Assembly (NCBI GenBank): GCA_017986605.1
Contig: JAGNVG010000001.1
Coordinates: 3,115 to 56,857 of the forward strand
Reading direction: 5' to 3'
DNA length: 53,743 nt
Source: Limnohabitans sp.
Lineage (GTDB): Bacteria; Pseudomonadota; Gammaproteobacteria; Burkholderiales; Burkholderiaceae_C
Shown here: one piece after another, positions 18,239 to 27,412 of the stretch
Layout of the letters: each line of letters begins with the position of its first letter
How positions within the stretch are numbered: position 1 is the stretch's first letter
Program-made: the position numbers and the translations under genes
Notes under the pieces: generated by a model
Seen by the model: the letters and a program-made list of their open reading frames with translations, nothing else
The model's database searches: none
What the model was told of the DNA's origin: nothing

Positions 18239-20638
18239 TCAAGAACGGATGTTGATGATGGCGCTGGTCATGGTGCTGCTGGTCTCGATCGCTTTGGCGT
18301 TGGCTTGGAAGTTACGTTGGGCTGTGATCAAGTCCACCAGCTCCTGTGTCAAATCCACGTTGGCGCGTTCTGTTGCACCAGCACGAATCGTGCCGAAACC
18401 AGCGGAGCCGGCTTCACCAACCTTGGCAACACCTGAGGTGGCTGAGGCCAGGTAACTGGCGTCACCCACCTGACGCAGGCCAGAGGGGCTGGAGAAGTTG
18501 GCCAACACGATCTTGCCCAGTGAGTTTTGCGAGCCGTTGGAATAAGTGGCATTGACCAGTCCGTCCACGCCGATGTCCAGGCCCATCAGTTCACCCTCGG
18601 GGGCACCGTCTTGCGCTTGCGAGAGCACAGCAAAGGAGCTGGAGTACTGGGTGGATTGGGTGAAGTCGATCGACATGGTCAACGCACCCTTGCCGCCTTG
18701 CAAGAAGGCCGTTTCAAAGCCCATGGGCTTGATGGGGGAGATGGGCTTACCCGTCAGGTCAAAGGTCAACTCGCCGCGGTCCAGGAACACGGGCCACCAG
18801 TCGTTTTTGGTGTTCAGGTCTGAAATGTCTTCGGTTTGCTTGCCGTTGCGCACATATTGCAGGGCGCCGTTGTCGGCGTATTGGGCCAGCTTGATCCATT
18901 GTGTGGTTTGGCCAAAACGCATTTCAGTGTTGGCCAAGCCCCAGTCAGGGTGGCCAGTGACTTGGATGGAGGCCGCGTCACCGGTGGTGCCGGTGCTGAA
19001 TACCATTTGTTTAGCTTTAGCATCCCATTTCACATCGACGCCTGCGACTTCCCGTTTGCTGACAGGATCCACGATCGAGTTGATCTTTTCCTTCAGCTTG
19101 GCAGCCAGTGTTTCCATCGAGTAGTTGCCCGTGTCAACGCTGATTTTGGTGCTGATGCCATCGACCGACACCGTGAAGTCGTTGTTGGCCTCCACCACGG
19201 CCACGTTGCCGGAGGTGTTGATGGTCAGGGTCTCACTGGACAGTGTGGCGGGGTAGCTGGGTTTACCGCGCTGGGCGGTGTCCAAGGCACTGGGTGTTTG
19301 CACCAGACCTGCCCCCGTGCTGTCCACGGTGATCCCCAATATATTGTTTGCCAGGGTTTGCTCGTCCGTGGCTGTGGCCGTGCTCGTCGTGGTTTCCAAT
19401 CGGATGCTGGATGCATCACCCGTCGTACCGGAGTTGAAGGTGTAGCGACCTGAGTCAGGGTTGAACTCCACGGTGATGCCATAGCGGGCATTGACAACGG
19501 CATCGACTTCCGGGGTGGTCGGGTTATCGGGGGTCTCGGCGAGCTTGCCCATGCTGTTGTTGATCTGGATTTGTAAATTTCGCGCCAGAACAGCGGGGTC
19601 CACATCGGCCGAGGTCAGTGTGTAGCTGATGTTGGTCAGAGGCGAATCGTCCACTGACAGCTTGAATGCCATTTCATTGCCTGCTTTGAAATCGGTCGCC
19701 GTGGCGGTGGGACTGGTTCTGTAAAAGCCCGAGTTGGCGTCGTAGAAAGTGCTGTTGATGGAATCAGCCACAGCAGGCGCTGGTGTTGAGTTGCGCACAT
19801 CGGTCAATTGGTCCAAGGTGTACATGCCCACCGTGCCGCTGGGCGGGGTCACTGTCGGATCTGATTTGGGACGAATGTCGCCGTATTTGTTGACGAACAG
19901 TTCTGAGCCCGTGGCATTAGAGGCTTGCTGCAAACCTGGCTTGACCTGGGTGTCGCCCACAAAGAACTGGGTTTGCCACTTGGAGAAGGGGCTGCCAGGG
20001 CTGGCGTTTTGGGTCTTGGTGTAGTACACCGTGGCCAGATAACCGTTGCCGCCGCTGTCGTACACGGTCAAAGCGGTGCTTTTGTTGTAGGTGGCAGGGT
20101 TGCTGCGGTCAAAGTCGGCCAGGATCACGGGGGAGTCGGCTGGCAGATTCAAGCCCAGCTGGATCTTGGTCGTTTCTTTGGCTTCGCCTGACGTTTTAGG
20201 TGGAATCACCAAAGGGGCCAGACGTTCCAGATCAGCCTTACCGGAGGAGTCCACGGAGGCTGCCAGCAGGCGTTGGCCTGTGGAGTTGACCACGTTGTTT
20301 TGGTCGTTCAGTGTGAAGGAGCCGTTGCGGGTGTAGATGTCTTGCAGACCATCGGGTGTTTTGAGCGGGAAGAAGCCGTCACCTGTGATGGCCAGGTCGA
20401 GCGAGTTGCCCGATGTCGAGATGTTGCCTTGGCTGAATTCCTGGCTCACTTGCTTGAGCGAAACACCTTGACCGATGTTGCTGGATGACTTTTGCAGTGG
20501 TGAAGTCGAGAAGATGTCGCCAAAGTCAGCCCGCGAGCGCTTGAAGCCTGAAGTGCCCACGTTGGCGATGTTGTTGGAGGTGACGGCCAACTGGGCTGTG
20601 GCTGAGTTCAGTCCGGTGAGCGAGGTGTAAAAGGACAT
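18239..20638 (-). CDS. flgE: Hook protein (enlarged, 799 aa)
   Basis: NNIANVGTSGFK and ANVDLTQELVDLITAQRNFQANAK motifs. Confidence 0.95.
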   Translation of the reverse strand: MSFYTSLTGLNSATAQLAVTSNNIANVGTSGFKRSRADFGDIFSTSPLQKSSSNIGQGVSLKQVSQEFSQGNISTSGNSLDLAITGDGFFPLKTPDGLQDIYTRNGSFTLNDQNNVVNSTGQRLLAASVDSSGKADLERLAPLVIPPKTSGEAKETTKIQLGLNLPADSPVILADFDRSNPATYNKSTALTVYDSGGNGYLATVYYTKTQNASPGSPFSKWQTQFFVGDTQVKPGLQQASNATGSELFVNKYGDIRPKSDPTVTPPSGTVGMYTLDQLTDVRNSTPAPAVADSINSTFYDANSGFYRTSPTATATDFKAGNEMAFKLSVDDSPLTNISYTLTSADVDPAVLARNLQIQINNSMGKLAETPDNPTTPEVDAVVNARYGITVEFNPDSGRYTFNSGTTGDASSIRLETTTSTATATDEQTLANNILGITVDSTGAGLVQTPSALDTAQRGKPSYPATLSSETLTINTSGNVAVVEANNDFTVSVDGISTKISVDTGNYSMETLAAKLKEKINSIVDPVSKREVAGVDVKWDAKAKQMVFSTGTTGDAASIQVTGHPDWGLANTEMRFGQTTQWIKLAQYADNGALQYVRNGKQTEDISDLNTKNDWWPVFLDRGELTFDLTGKPISPIKPMGFETAFLQGGKGALTMSIDFTQSTQYSSSFAVLSQAQDGAPEGELMGLDIGVDGLVNATYSNGSQNSLGKIVLANFSSPSGLRQVGDASYLASATSGVAKVGEAGSAGFGTIRAGATERANVDLTQELVDLITAQRNFQANAKAIETSSTMTSAIINIRS

Positions 20639-20703
20639 GCTGAAGGTCTCCTGAAATGCGGGGTGTGTGAGGTACTTGGAAGCTTGCTGGTATCGGGTGT
20701 GGT

Positions 20704-21396
20704 TTAAATGCCGACGCGTTTGACGTCGCTGAGCAGCAAAGTTTTGCCGCCATCGACTTCCACACTGACGCTGCCGTCAGACGGGTTCGTCGAAATGGCG
20801 CGAACGGTGGACAGTGTGCTGACTGGGACCGGTGTGGTCTGGCCATTCACCACGGCCACAGCGCTCATGCGGTACAAGCCAGTCGGCACGGGGTTGTCGG
20901 CCGCGTCTTTGCCGTTCCATGTGACGGGGGTGGTGCCTGGCACTTGCGGCCCTGCAATCAGTTCTTGTACCAGTCGTCCTTGACTGTCGTGAACATTGAT
21001 CTGCACACCACTGGCTCCCATGGGCAAATCGATGCTGGCATCCATGCTGCTGCCAGATGTCAACAGGGTGGCGGCGTCGTTGATGGCCACTTTCTTGCCG
21101 ATCAGCGAGGCACTGTTGAGCATGCGTTCGCCCGACATGGAGGTGACGAAACCATCCAAGGATGTTTGCATATTGGTCAAGGCTTCCAGCTGTGAAAACT
21201 GAGCCAACTGGGCCACAAAAGCCTCGTTCTTGACAGGCTCCAATGGGTTCTGGTTTTGCAATTGCGCGGTGAAGAGCGTCAGGAAGTCCTGCTTGCCCAT
21301 GTCTTCGCTGGTTTTGGACTTGGCCTTGTCTTTCACGTCTTCGTAGCGGGTGACGTTCTGGAGCAGGCTGGAGGAGGTGACTGTATCGGTGGCCAT
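20704..21396 (-). CDS. flgD: Hook cap/scaffold protein
   Basis: FLTLFTAQLQNQNPLEP motif; start at MATDTV. Confidence 0.94.
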   Translation of the reverse strand: MATDTVTSSSLLQNVTRYEDVKDKAKSKTSEDMGKQDFLTLFTAQLQNQNPLEPVKNEAFVAQLAQFSQLEALTNMQTSLDGFVTSMSGERMLNSASLIGKKVAINDAATLLTSGSSMDASIDLPMGASGVQINVHDSQGRLVQELIAGPQVPGTTPVTWNGKDAADNPVPTGLYRMSAVAVVNGQTTPVPVSTLSTVRAISTNPSDGSVSVEVDGGKTLLLSDVKRVGI

Positions 21397-21410
21397 GGCG
21401 GTCTTTCGGA

Positions 21411-21842
21411 TCAAGCTTTGGAGATGTCCAGCGTGCGCATCATCAATTGACGCGCCGTGTTGATCACTTCAACGTTGTTTTGGTATGAGCGGGCTGCGGC
21501 CATCATTTCCACCATTTCGGTGACTTCGCTCACGTTGGATTGGTAGACATAGCCTTGCTCGTCTGCCAGTGGGTTTTTGGGGTCGGACACGCGACGAGGG
21601 GGGGCTGTGTCATCGGCCATGCGATCGATCTTGACGCCCCCTACATAGGCGGCACCGGCGTTGGTCATTTGCTCATCGACCAGTGCCTTGAAGACGGGCC
21701 GCTTGGCACGAAAAGCGTCTTTTTCTGCACCTGCAACCGTGCCTGCGTTGGCCAGGTTCGAGGCGGTGGCGTTCATCCGGGTGAGCTGTGCGTTCAGCGC
21801 TGTACCGGCAATGCCAAAAATATTGTCCATGCTCATGTTCAA
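21411..21842 (-). CDS. flgC: Proximal rod protein
   Basis: ASNLANA, PLADEQGYV and RSYQNNVEV motifs. Confidence 0.96.
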   Translation of the reverse strand: MNMSMDNIFGIAGTALNAQLTRMNATASNLANAGTVAGAEKDAFRAKRPVFKALVDEQMTNAGAAYVGGVKIDRMADDTAPPRRVSDPKNPLADEQGYVYQSNVSEVTEMVEMMAAARSYQNNVEVINTARQLMMRTLDISKA

Positions 21843-22228
21843 TCCCCTCGCAACGCTTTGCGGATGCCGCTGACCCGGTTTTCCAGGAAGTTCAATGTCG
21901 CTTGGTAATCCGCTGCAGCTTTACCGTACTGGGCTTGCTCCACGCTCATCTCTACCGTGTTGCCGTCAAACGAGGTGTTGAACGGTGTGCGGTAACGCAT
22001 ACCATCGGGGCTGAGTTCTTCGCCTGCACCAAAGTGACCGGTCCGGGTGACTGTCATGGCGGTGTCTTGTTGTTGTGCTGCGCCCAAGACGGCCTTGAAG
22101 TCGATGTCACGGGCTTTGTAGTGCGGTGTGTCGGCGTTCGCAATGTTTTGCGCCAACACTTCGAGGCGGCGGCTTTTGACTTGCAAAGCTTGTTCATGCA
22201 CGCCAAGTGCTTGGGTTAACAAATTCAT
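21839..22228 (-). CDS. flgB: Proximal rod protein
   Basis: NIANADTPHYKARD and DGNTVE motifs; ATG 22228 with AGGAG RBS. Confidence 0.95.
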   Translation of the reverse strand: MNLLTQALGVHEQALQVKSRRLEVLAQNIANADTPHYKARDIDFKAVLGAAQQQDTAMTVTRTGHFGAGEELSPDGMRYRTPFNTSFDGNTVEMSVEQAQYGKAAADYQATLNFLENRVSGIRKALRGD

Positions 22229-22271
22229 CTGGACTCCTGGGCTACTGTCTTGGATTCGATGTTCACGGGCC

Positions 22272-22285
22272 GTCAATCTTTTGAC
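22272..22285. promoter_or_regulatory. FleQ-box-like palindrome in the flgB leader
   Basis: GTCAA-TCTT-TTGAC, matching the GTC-N8-GAC shape of Pseudomonas FleQ sites. Confidence 0.55.
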
Positions 22286-22322
22286 GTTGTTCACTCAAGT
22301 TGAGTGAACTCGTGTCGATACC

Positions 22323-22338
22323 AGCAAAAGCTGTGCCA
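22323..22338 (-). promoter_or_regulatory. sigma54 promoter of the flgB-L operon
   Basis: TGGCAC-AGCTT-TTGCT, near consensus. Confidence 0.85.
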
Positions 22339-22449
22339 ACTTTTTCTGTCACCTTTTGAGGGGCTCTTCAAGGCGCAATACAGGTGCTTTTCAAGGCCGG
22401 TGGCAACTTTTCGTCACTGGCGGCAAATGCTTGCCGGAGCTTGCCGTTT

Positions 22450-23598
22450 TCAGCGCAGCGTGGTGGCGGTGCTATTGGCCACTTGGCTATACCAGCGGTT
22501 GCCGGCCACTTTGGGCGTACTCGGCTCGAGCATGGTTTGGGTCAATGCGTGCAGCCCCGACAAAATCGAGTTGCGGGTAATGGGGCCCTGTGTGTCGCCA
22601 CCGACATGCAAAATTTTCGCTTGCGGTCCTGCAATGGGCAGCGGCGCATCGGGACGCGTTTCACGCCGTGCAGCGGGGGTCAAGATGGTCAGATAAAGGT
22701 CATCGAGGCCAACTTTGGGGCCTTTGGTATTCAGTCCGGATTGCGCGAAGTATTTGTCGACCAAATCCATTTGCTGCAACAGGCCCATGCCCAAAATGGC
22801 TTTGGGGTTGTTTTTCATGCCCACAACGGCCGCGCCTCTGTTGGGACCATCGCAAAATTGAATGATGCCATGGCAACTGCCGTTGGTGGCCTGAGGGTTC
22901 ATCCCGCCACTTTCGATGAGACTCAGCCGCGCGAAATCATCCGGTGCAAAGTTGTAGCGCTGGGCCAAAGTCAGAATTTTTTGCCTGACTTCGGGGACGT
23001 GTTCGGATGGCACAAAGCCTTTCTGGACGGCCCGCGCGAGCGTGCGATCGAGGATGGGATGCTGTGAATTGATGTGGCTGTTCGCGAGAGCTGTCGGTTC
23101 TGAAGCGGTGGTCGGTGCGATCAGGCTGCGTTGTGCCAGCATTTCGGCGGCGGTCGCACTCACGCCGCTGACTTTGAGCCCCTGAAGCGACTGCATAGCT
23201 GCACTGGAACTGATCTCCAGGGGGCCCGTTGCGCTCGCACGGGCCAACGGCGGTAAGTTCAAGCTTGAAAAGTCGATTTTTTGTCCCGTCACGATCAAGT
23301 CGGGGTTGGCGACTTGATTTTGTTTGGCGATCTGATGGGCCAGCGTATAGGCTTGATTTTCAGAAATGGCGGTGCCGTTTTGCCGGTAATGGGCTTTGAC
23401 CAAGCCGATCAGGGTGTCCCCGTTCTCAACTTGTACGGTGTTTCCAGTCTGCCGCATCTCCGCCCAAGTTTTCTGGAATGCCTGACCTGCACTGGCGTTG
23501 GGCGCACTGCTGCCTGCCGCGGACGGCATCCCTGGCAGCGCAGTCGGTAGCACAAGGCCAGCGCTTGGAGGGGGGGCGGGAAGTGGCGTCAATTGCAT
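22450..23598 (-). CDS. LysM domain + lysozyme-like/lytic transglycosylase protein
   Basis: LysM VENGDTL...NPDLIVTGQKI; SLT-like IESGG...GIIQF. Confidence 0.75.
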   Translation of the reverse strand: MQLTPLPAPPPSAGLVLPTALPGMPSAAGSSAPNASAGQAFQKTWAEMRQTGNTVQVENGDTLIGLVKAHYRQNGTAISENQAYTLAHQIAKQNQVANPDLIVTGQKIDFSSLNLPPLARASATGPLEISSSAAMQSLQGLKVSGVSATAAEMLAQRSLIAPTTASEPTALANSHINSQHPILDRTLARAVQKGFVPSEHVPEVRQKILTLAQRYNFAPDDFARLSLIESGGMNPQATNGSCHGIIQFCDGPNRGAAVVGMKNNPKAILGMGLLQQMDLVDKYFAQSGLNTKGPKVGLDDLYLTILTPAARRETRPDAPLPIAGPQAKILHVGGDTQGPITRNSILSGLHALTQTMLEPSTPKVAGNRWYSQVANSTATTLR

Positions 23599-23680
23599 CT
23601 GTACAGGCGTTCAGGTCGGGTTGGTCTCATTTTTGCTTTGCTGTGTGGAAGTCCATCAAACTGTCAAAACTTCTACACTT

Positions 23681-24478
23681 ATGAAACAAACCATGCAAAT
23701 GCTGTGCCGACTGTTGGATCAGTTGGTTGCCAGGGGCCTTCTGCTGGGTTTGGTGGTGTGTTTGTTCAGCGCGACAAGCCAAGCCGCAAGGCCCTCCAAA
23801 TCTGTGGCACGAGCGGACTCACCTCAGGACCTGCTCGGCACCGCTGTGAAGAATTGGGTCGCGCAATCGAGGAAAGTGGCGTCAGATCAAGTCACGATGG
23901 CGCCTGTGGATGCCCGAGTCAAGGTTCGCGGTTGCGATAAGCCCTTGTCGATGGACCAACCATTTGCCAGTTCTGATTCTGTGCGGGTACGCTGCAGCCA
24001 GCCCGTTTGGCAGCTCTATGTCCGAGTCAGTGTCTCAGGTGCGCACACCGAGTCCATGGCACAGTCCAGAAGCGACAAGCCCACCATGCCGGATAAACGT
24101 TGGGTTTTGGTGGCGAGTGCGCCGCTGCAAAGGGGCATGTCGCTCAATGAAACTCATGTTCAGCGCGTTCAGGTCGATACTGTAGGTGTGCCATTGAATG
24201 TGCTGGAGCAAGCGTCCGAGGTCATGCATGCCGAACTGGTTCGGGATGTGCGTCCGGGGACGCCGTTGCGTAGCCAAGACATTCGGCCGACTGTCCTGGT
24301 CAAGCGAGGGCAAATGGTTTTGCTTTCGGTGGGGCAGCCACAGGGCTTCCAAATTTCAGCGCGAGTGGAGGCGATGCAGGATGGCCGTTTTGGAGAGCAG
24401 ATCAAACTCAAGAACCGAGACTCCGGAAGAGAGTTGAGCGGTCGTGTTCAAGGTCCCAATCAAGTCATCGGTTTGTGA
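23681..24478 (+). CDS. flgA: P-ring assembly chaperone
   Basis: Signal peptide, VRVRCSQPVWQLYV, SAF domain and LVKRGQMV...DGRFGEQIKLKN; start uncertain. Confidence 0.9.
   Translation: MKQTMQMLCRLLDQLVARGLLLGLVVCLFSATSQAARPSKSVARADSPQDLLGTAVKNWVAQSRKVASDQVTMAPVDARVKVRGCDKPLSMDQPFASSDSVRVRCSQPVWQLYVRVSVSGAHTESMAQSRSDKPTMPDKRWVLVASAPLQRGMSLNETHVQRVQVDTVGVPLNVLEQASEVMHAELVRDVRPGTPLRSQDIRPTVLVKRGQMVLLSVGQPQGFQISARVEAMQDGRFGEQIKLKNRDSGRELSGRVQGPNQVIGL
23694..23709 (-). promoter_or_regulatory. sigma54 promoter of the LysM-SLT gene
   Basis: CGGCAC-AGCAT-TTGCA on the minus strand; FleQ-box-like GTCAAAACTTCTAC at 23663-23676. Confidence 0.6.
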
Positions 24479-24546
24479 TGGCTTGACTGCCAATGACCAT
24501 GATTTGTTTTGCATTGTGAAATAATGGGAAAAATGATTTATTTTTC

Positions 24547-24573
24547 TCAAGTTCTAAAATCTCATGCCGATTC
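24547..24573 (+). promoter_or_regulatory. sigma28 promoter of flgMN
   Basis: TCAAG-N14-GCCGATTC. Confidence 0.85.
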
Positions 24574-24627
24574 ATTATTCGAGCAGGGTCTCAGCTCAAT
24601 GTCCAGAGACCAGAAAAGAGAACCATC

Positions 24628-24930
24628 ATGACTGATTCCATCTCACATTTCGGCCGCAAAGCCCAAATTGAATCTGCCAGCCGTCAGGCGGTAGGCAAGG
24701 GTGAGCCACGTATTTTTTCGTCAGTTTCCCAAGAAGCCGGGCGATCGGCGGCACCTGCGACCGATGAACTGCGACTGAGCCATGTCGCTCAAAAAGCCAT
24801 GCAAGAGCCTGAATTTGACCGCGCCAAAGTGGAAGCCATCAAGACCGCCATCCAGCAAGGTCAGTACCCTCTGGACTCGCGCCGTATCGCTGAGAACTTC
24901 ATCGCGATCGAAAAAATGATCAAAGGCTGA
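24628..24930 (+). CDS. flgM: Anti-sigma28 factor
   Basis: FDRAKVEAIKTAIQQGQY...RIAE motif. Confidence 0.92.
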   Translation: MTDSISHFGRKAQIESASRQAVGKGEPRIFSSVSQEAGRSAAPATDELRLSHVAQKAMQEPEFDRAKVEAIKTAIQQGQYPLDSRRIAENFIAIEKMIKG

Positions 24931-24937
24931 ACTTCCG

Positions 24938-25369
24938 ATGACCGAGTTGATCCGACCTGACGATGCGTCTCCTTCTTTGGAGGAGGCCTTGCTGGCTGCT
25001 CCAGAAGCGGTCGCACGTCTGTCTGAGATCCTCGCGCAGGAGTTTGAAGCGCTGAAATCTCGCGATCTGACGGCTTTTGAGTTGGCTCAGGACGAAAAAA
25101 ACACCTTGCTCCAAGGCTTGGTCGCACTGGCTGAATGGGCCGCAGTTCAAACCCCCACCCCCGTCATTTGGCAACAGCAGCAAGACGCCCTGCAGCAGTG
25201 CAAACAAGATCATTTGCGCAATATCCAGCTGTTGCAGCGGCAACTGGAGGCTGTCAAAGGCACCCTGCAAGCCTTGCAGGGGGAATCTTATGCCCCAGCC
25301 GTGGATTTGTATGACCGTATGGGGCAGCTGGCGCGCCGCTCGGGCGCTTCGGGCTATCAGCTGGCCTGA
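24938..25369 (+). CDS. flgN: FlgN-like export chaperone
   Basis: Follows flgM; helical, L..EFEAL...EK..LL, C...H.RN..LL and C-terminal YDRMG. Confidence 0.7.
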   Translation: MTELIRPDDASPSLEEALLAAPEAVARLSEILAQEFEALKSRDLTAFELAQDEKNTLLQGLVALAEWAAVQTPTPVIWQQQQDALQQCKQDHLRNIQLLQRQLEAVKGTLQALQGESYAPAVDLYDRMGQLARRSGASGYQLA

Positions 25370-25436
25370 GTGGCGCTCTGTTCACTCCACAGCGGGGCGC
25401 CGTCATCCCCAAGAGCAGAACGGGCATCCGATTTTT

Positions 25437-25718
25437 TCAGCCTGATTTTTTCTCATCCCCTGGGCGCATGCCCTTGAGCCAGTAAACCCAAGACAAAATC
25501 ACCGCCACCGCCGTGTACATCTCCGGCGGAATTTCGGCTTCCAGGTCCACGCGGCTGAGCAAGGCCAGCAACTGTGGGTCCTGTGCGACATAGACCCCGT
25601 GTTTCAAAGCTTCTTCGATGATTTTTTGGGCCAGGTCGTCTTGACCTTTCGCGCTGATGACGGGGGTTTGGCGCATCCCATATTCCAGCGCAATGGCTTC
25701 TTTGAGTACGGATTTCAT
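25437..25718 (-). CDS. Stand-alone FlhB C-terminal-like (EscU/YscU family) protein
   Basis: AIALEY..P...AKG..LAQKII; EIPPEMYTAVAVIL. Confidence 0.88.
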   Translation of the reverse strand: MKSVLKEAIALEYGMRQTPVISAKGQDDLAQKIIEEALKHGVYVAQDPQLLALLSRVDLEAEIPPEMYTAVAVILSWVYWLKGMRPGDEKKSG

Positions 25719-26821
25719 GTCTGCACGTCCAGCAAGCTGCCCATCTCAGGCGTGGCATAGGGCATGGGGGCTTGCGGCCCTTGGCCGTGGATGATTTGCA
25801 AGCGCTTCATATGCAGCCCTGCACTGTCCAGCTCTTGCGCCAGATTGGAAGCCAGCGCTTGGGCCCTGGTCACCACATCTTCGCGTTCGGCCCACATCAC
25901 CATGTCGACTTCGGTTTCATCACTGATGCGGCTTTGCAGCCAGACTTCTCCCAAATCCCGGTTGCGTGTGTGCAGATGGATGACCAGTGGGGCTTTGCCA
26001 TGTCCCGGCTGAGCTCTGCCTCGAACCAGCCGCAGGGCGACAGGCTCGGCATCGGCAAAAGGCAGCATCATGGAGAACACCCATTCACGGCCATTCAGAC
26101 TTTCGTTGGCCAGCAGTTGCCGCGACTCAATGTCGTCCAGGCTGTCGCTCAGCAGGCCCTCTTGGTCAGCGCTGGGGCTGTTGCGCAGCAGTTGCCGCAA
26201 CACGCTTTTCAGATCCACGAGGCCGCTGCCCAGGCCTTGGTTTAACAGGTTTTCCGTCATGAAGCCGCTTTGGCGCATGACCAGCTGCAGTTTTTCTGGG
26301 GTGAGTTGCGCCATGCTGGGGCGCAACTTGAGCCATTGCTGCAAAGCGCCCAAACCGGGCGCTGACGTGTTCAGCCCCTGGAGCATGCTTTCCAACATGC
26401 CTGGCCGCAGCAATTGTCCTAAGGCCTGCATGTCAGGGGGTCTGAAGCCGAGTTGATCGGTTCTGCCAGGGAGCGAAGCCGTCGCCGTGTTACCGGAGGG
26501 CTGCACGGGCACTGTTTGCAGGGGGCGCAGCAAGATGCTGCCATTGGCCAGCACTTGCACCTTGAACAAAGCGCTGTCACCGGAGGCCATGCGCAAAGTG
26601 GCGGGCAGATCTTTGGGCAGATCAAGAACAGTGCCGCTTTGCTTGCCTTGTAAATGCAGGCGCAAAGCGTCCAGTTTGGACTCCACGGTGCCTTGCACCA
26701 CCTGACCATCGCGCAAACCCAGCTCGGCAGCGGTTTTTTCGATGACCAGCGGCAGCTTGCCCTCCAGATAAATGGTGGGTGTTTTGGGGCTGAGGTGGGC
26801 GGTTTCAGCCCCTGTGATCAT
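25715..26821 (-). CDS. Second FliK-like protein (C-terminal hook-length-control domain)
   Basis: C-terminal LGEVWL...L.QELDSAGL...LLDVQT; coupled to the FlhB-C gene. Confidence 0.65.
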   Translation of the reverse strand: MITGAETAHLSPKTPTIYLEGKLPLVIEKTAAELGLRDGQVVQGTVESKLDALRLHLQGKQSGTVLDLPKDLPATLRMASGDSALFKVQVLANGSILLRPLQTVPVQPSGNTATASLPGRTDQLGFRPPDMQALGQLLRPGMLESMLQGLNTSAPGLGALQQWLKLRPSMAQLTPEKLQLVMRQSGFMTENLLNQGLGSGLVDLKSVLRQLLRNSPSADQEGLLSDSLDDIESRQLLANESLNGREWVFSMMLPFADAEPVALRLVRGRAQPGHGKAPLVIHLHTRNRDLGEVWLQSRISDETEVDMVMWAEREDVVTRAQALASNLAQELDSAGLHMKRLQIIHGQGPQAPMPYATPEMGSLLDVQT

Positions 26822-26842
26822 ACGAACCGGCCTGCGCTGGAT

Positions 26843-27412
26843 TCAAGGAAAGCGAACCCAACGACGCTTGTCGGGTCCGGCTGGCACATCGCTCGAATCG
26901 GTGTGTTCGGCAGGGGCCTGAAACAAGGCGGCCGTTTGGGGGTATTGCAACAAAATTTGTTGTCGCAAAGACTCGACTGAGGGTAAAACCAAGACTGTGC
27001 CAGGTTTGACGGGATAGGTTCGACCCTTGGGAAAAATGCGCGGATTGGCTTTGGCCAATGCTTGGCGCAGGAACTCTTCATTCAGGATCAAACCTGGCAA
27101 GCCGCGCCGCATTACCGCGTCGATGCTCTCGCCTTTTTGAACAGTGATGTGGTTGCGGGAGTGTCCACCATCGGTCGAGTTCGTCCTCCCCTGACCGTGT
27201 GACTCGCTCAACGGTGCGCTCAAAACCTTCAACGCAGCGGCGGCTGATGCGGAGGTCTCTGCCGCTTGTGTTGAGGGTGTGCCGTACACCGCTGCGGCTG
27301 CAAACAACAGTCCGTGAAGCAGTTTGAGAGGTATGCCAAAACCCATGCTGCTCAGGCCGGGCAGGGCGGTGGTGGTGTGTGGTTTCATAAAATTTCCAGC
27401 GTGCCTGATCAA
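26843..27412 (-). CDS. Small secreted protein with a FimV-type LysM domain
   Basis: Signal-like N-terminus; ITVQKGESI...ALAKANPRIF...VKPGTVLVLP. Confidence 0.6.
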   Translation of the reverse strand: MIRHAGNFMKPHTTTALPGLSSMGFGIPLKLLHGLLFAAAAVYGTPSTQAAETSASAAAALKVLSAPLSESHGQGRTNSTDGGHSRNHITVQKGESIDAVMRRGLPGLILNEEFLRQALAKANPRIFPKGRTYPVKPGTVLVLPSVESLRQQILLQYPQTAALFQAPAEHTDSSDVPAGPDKRRWVRFP

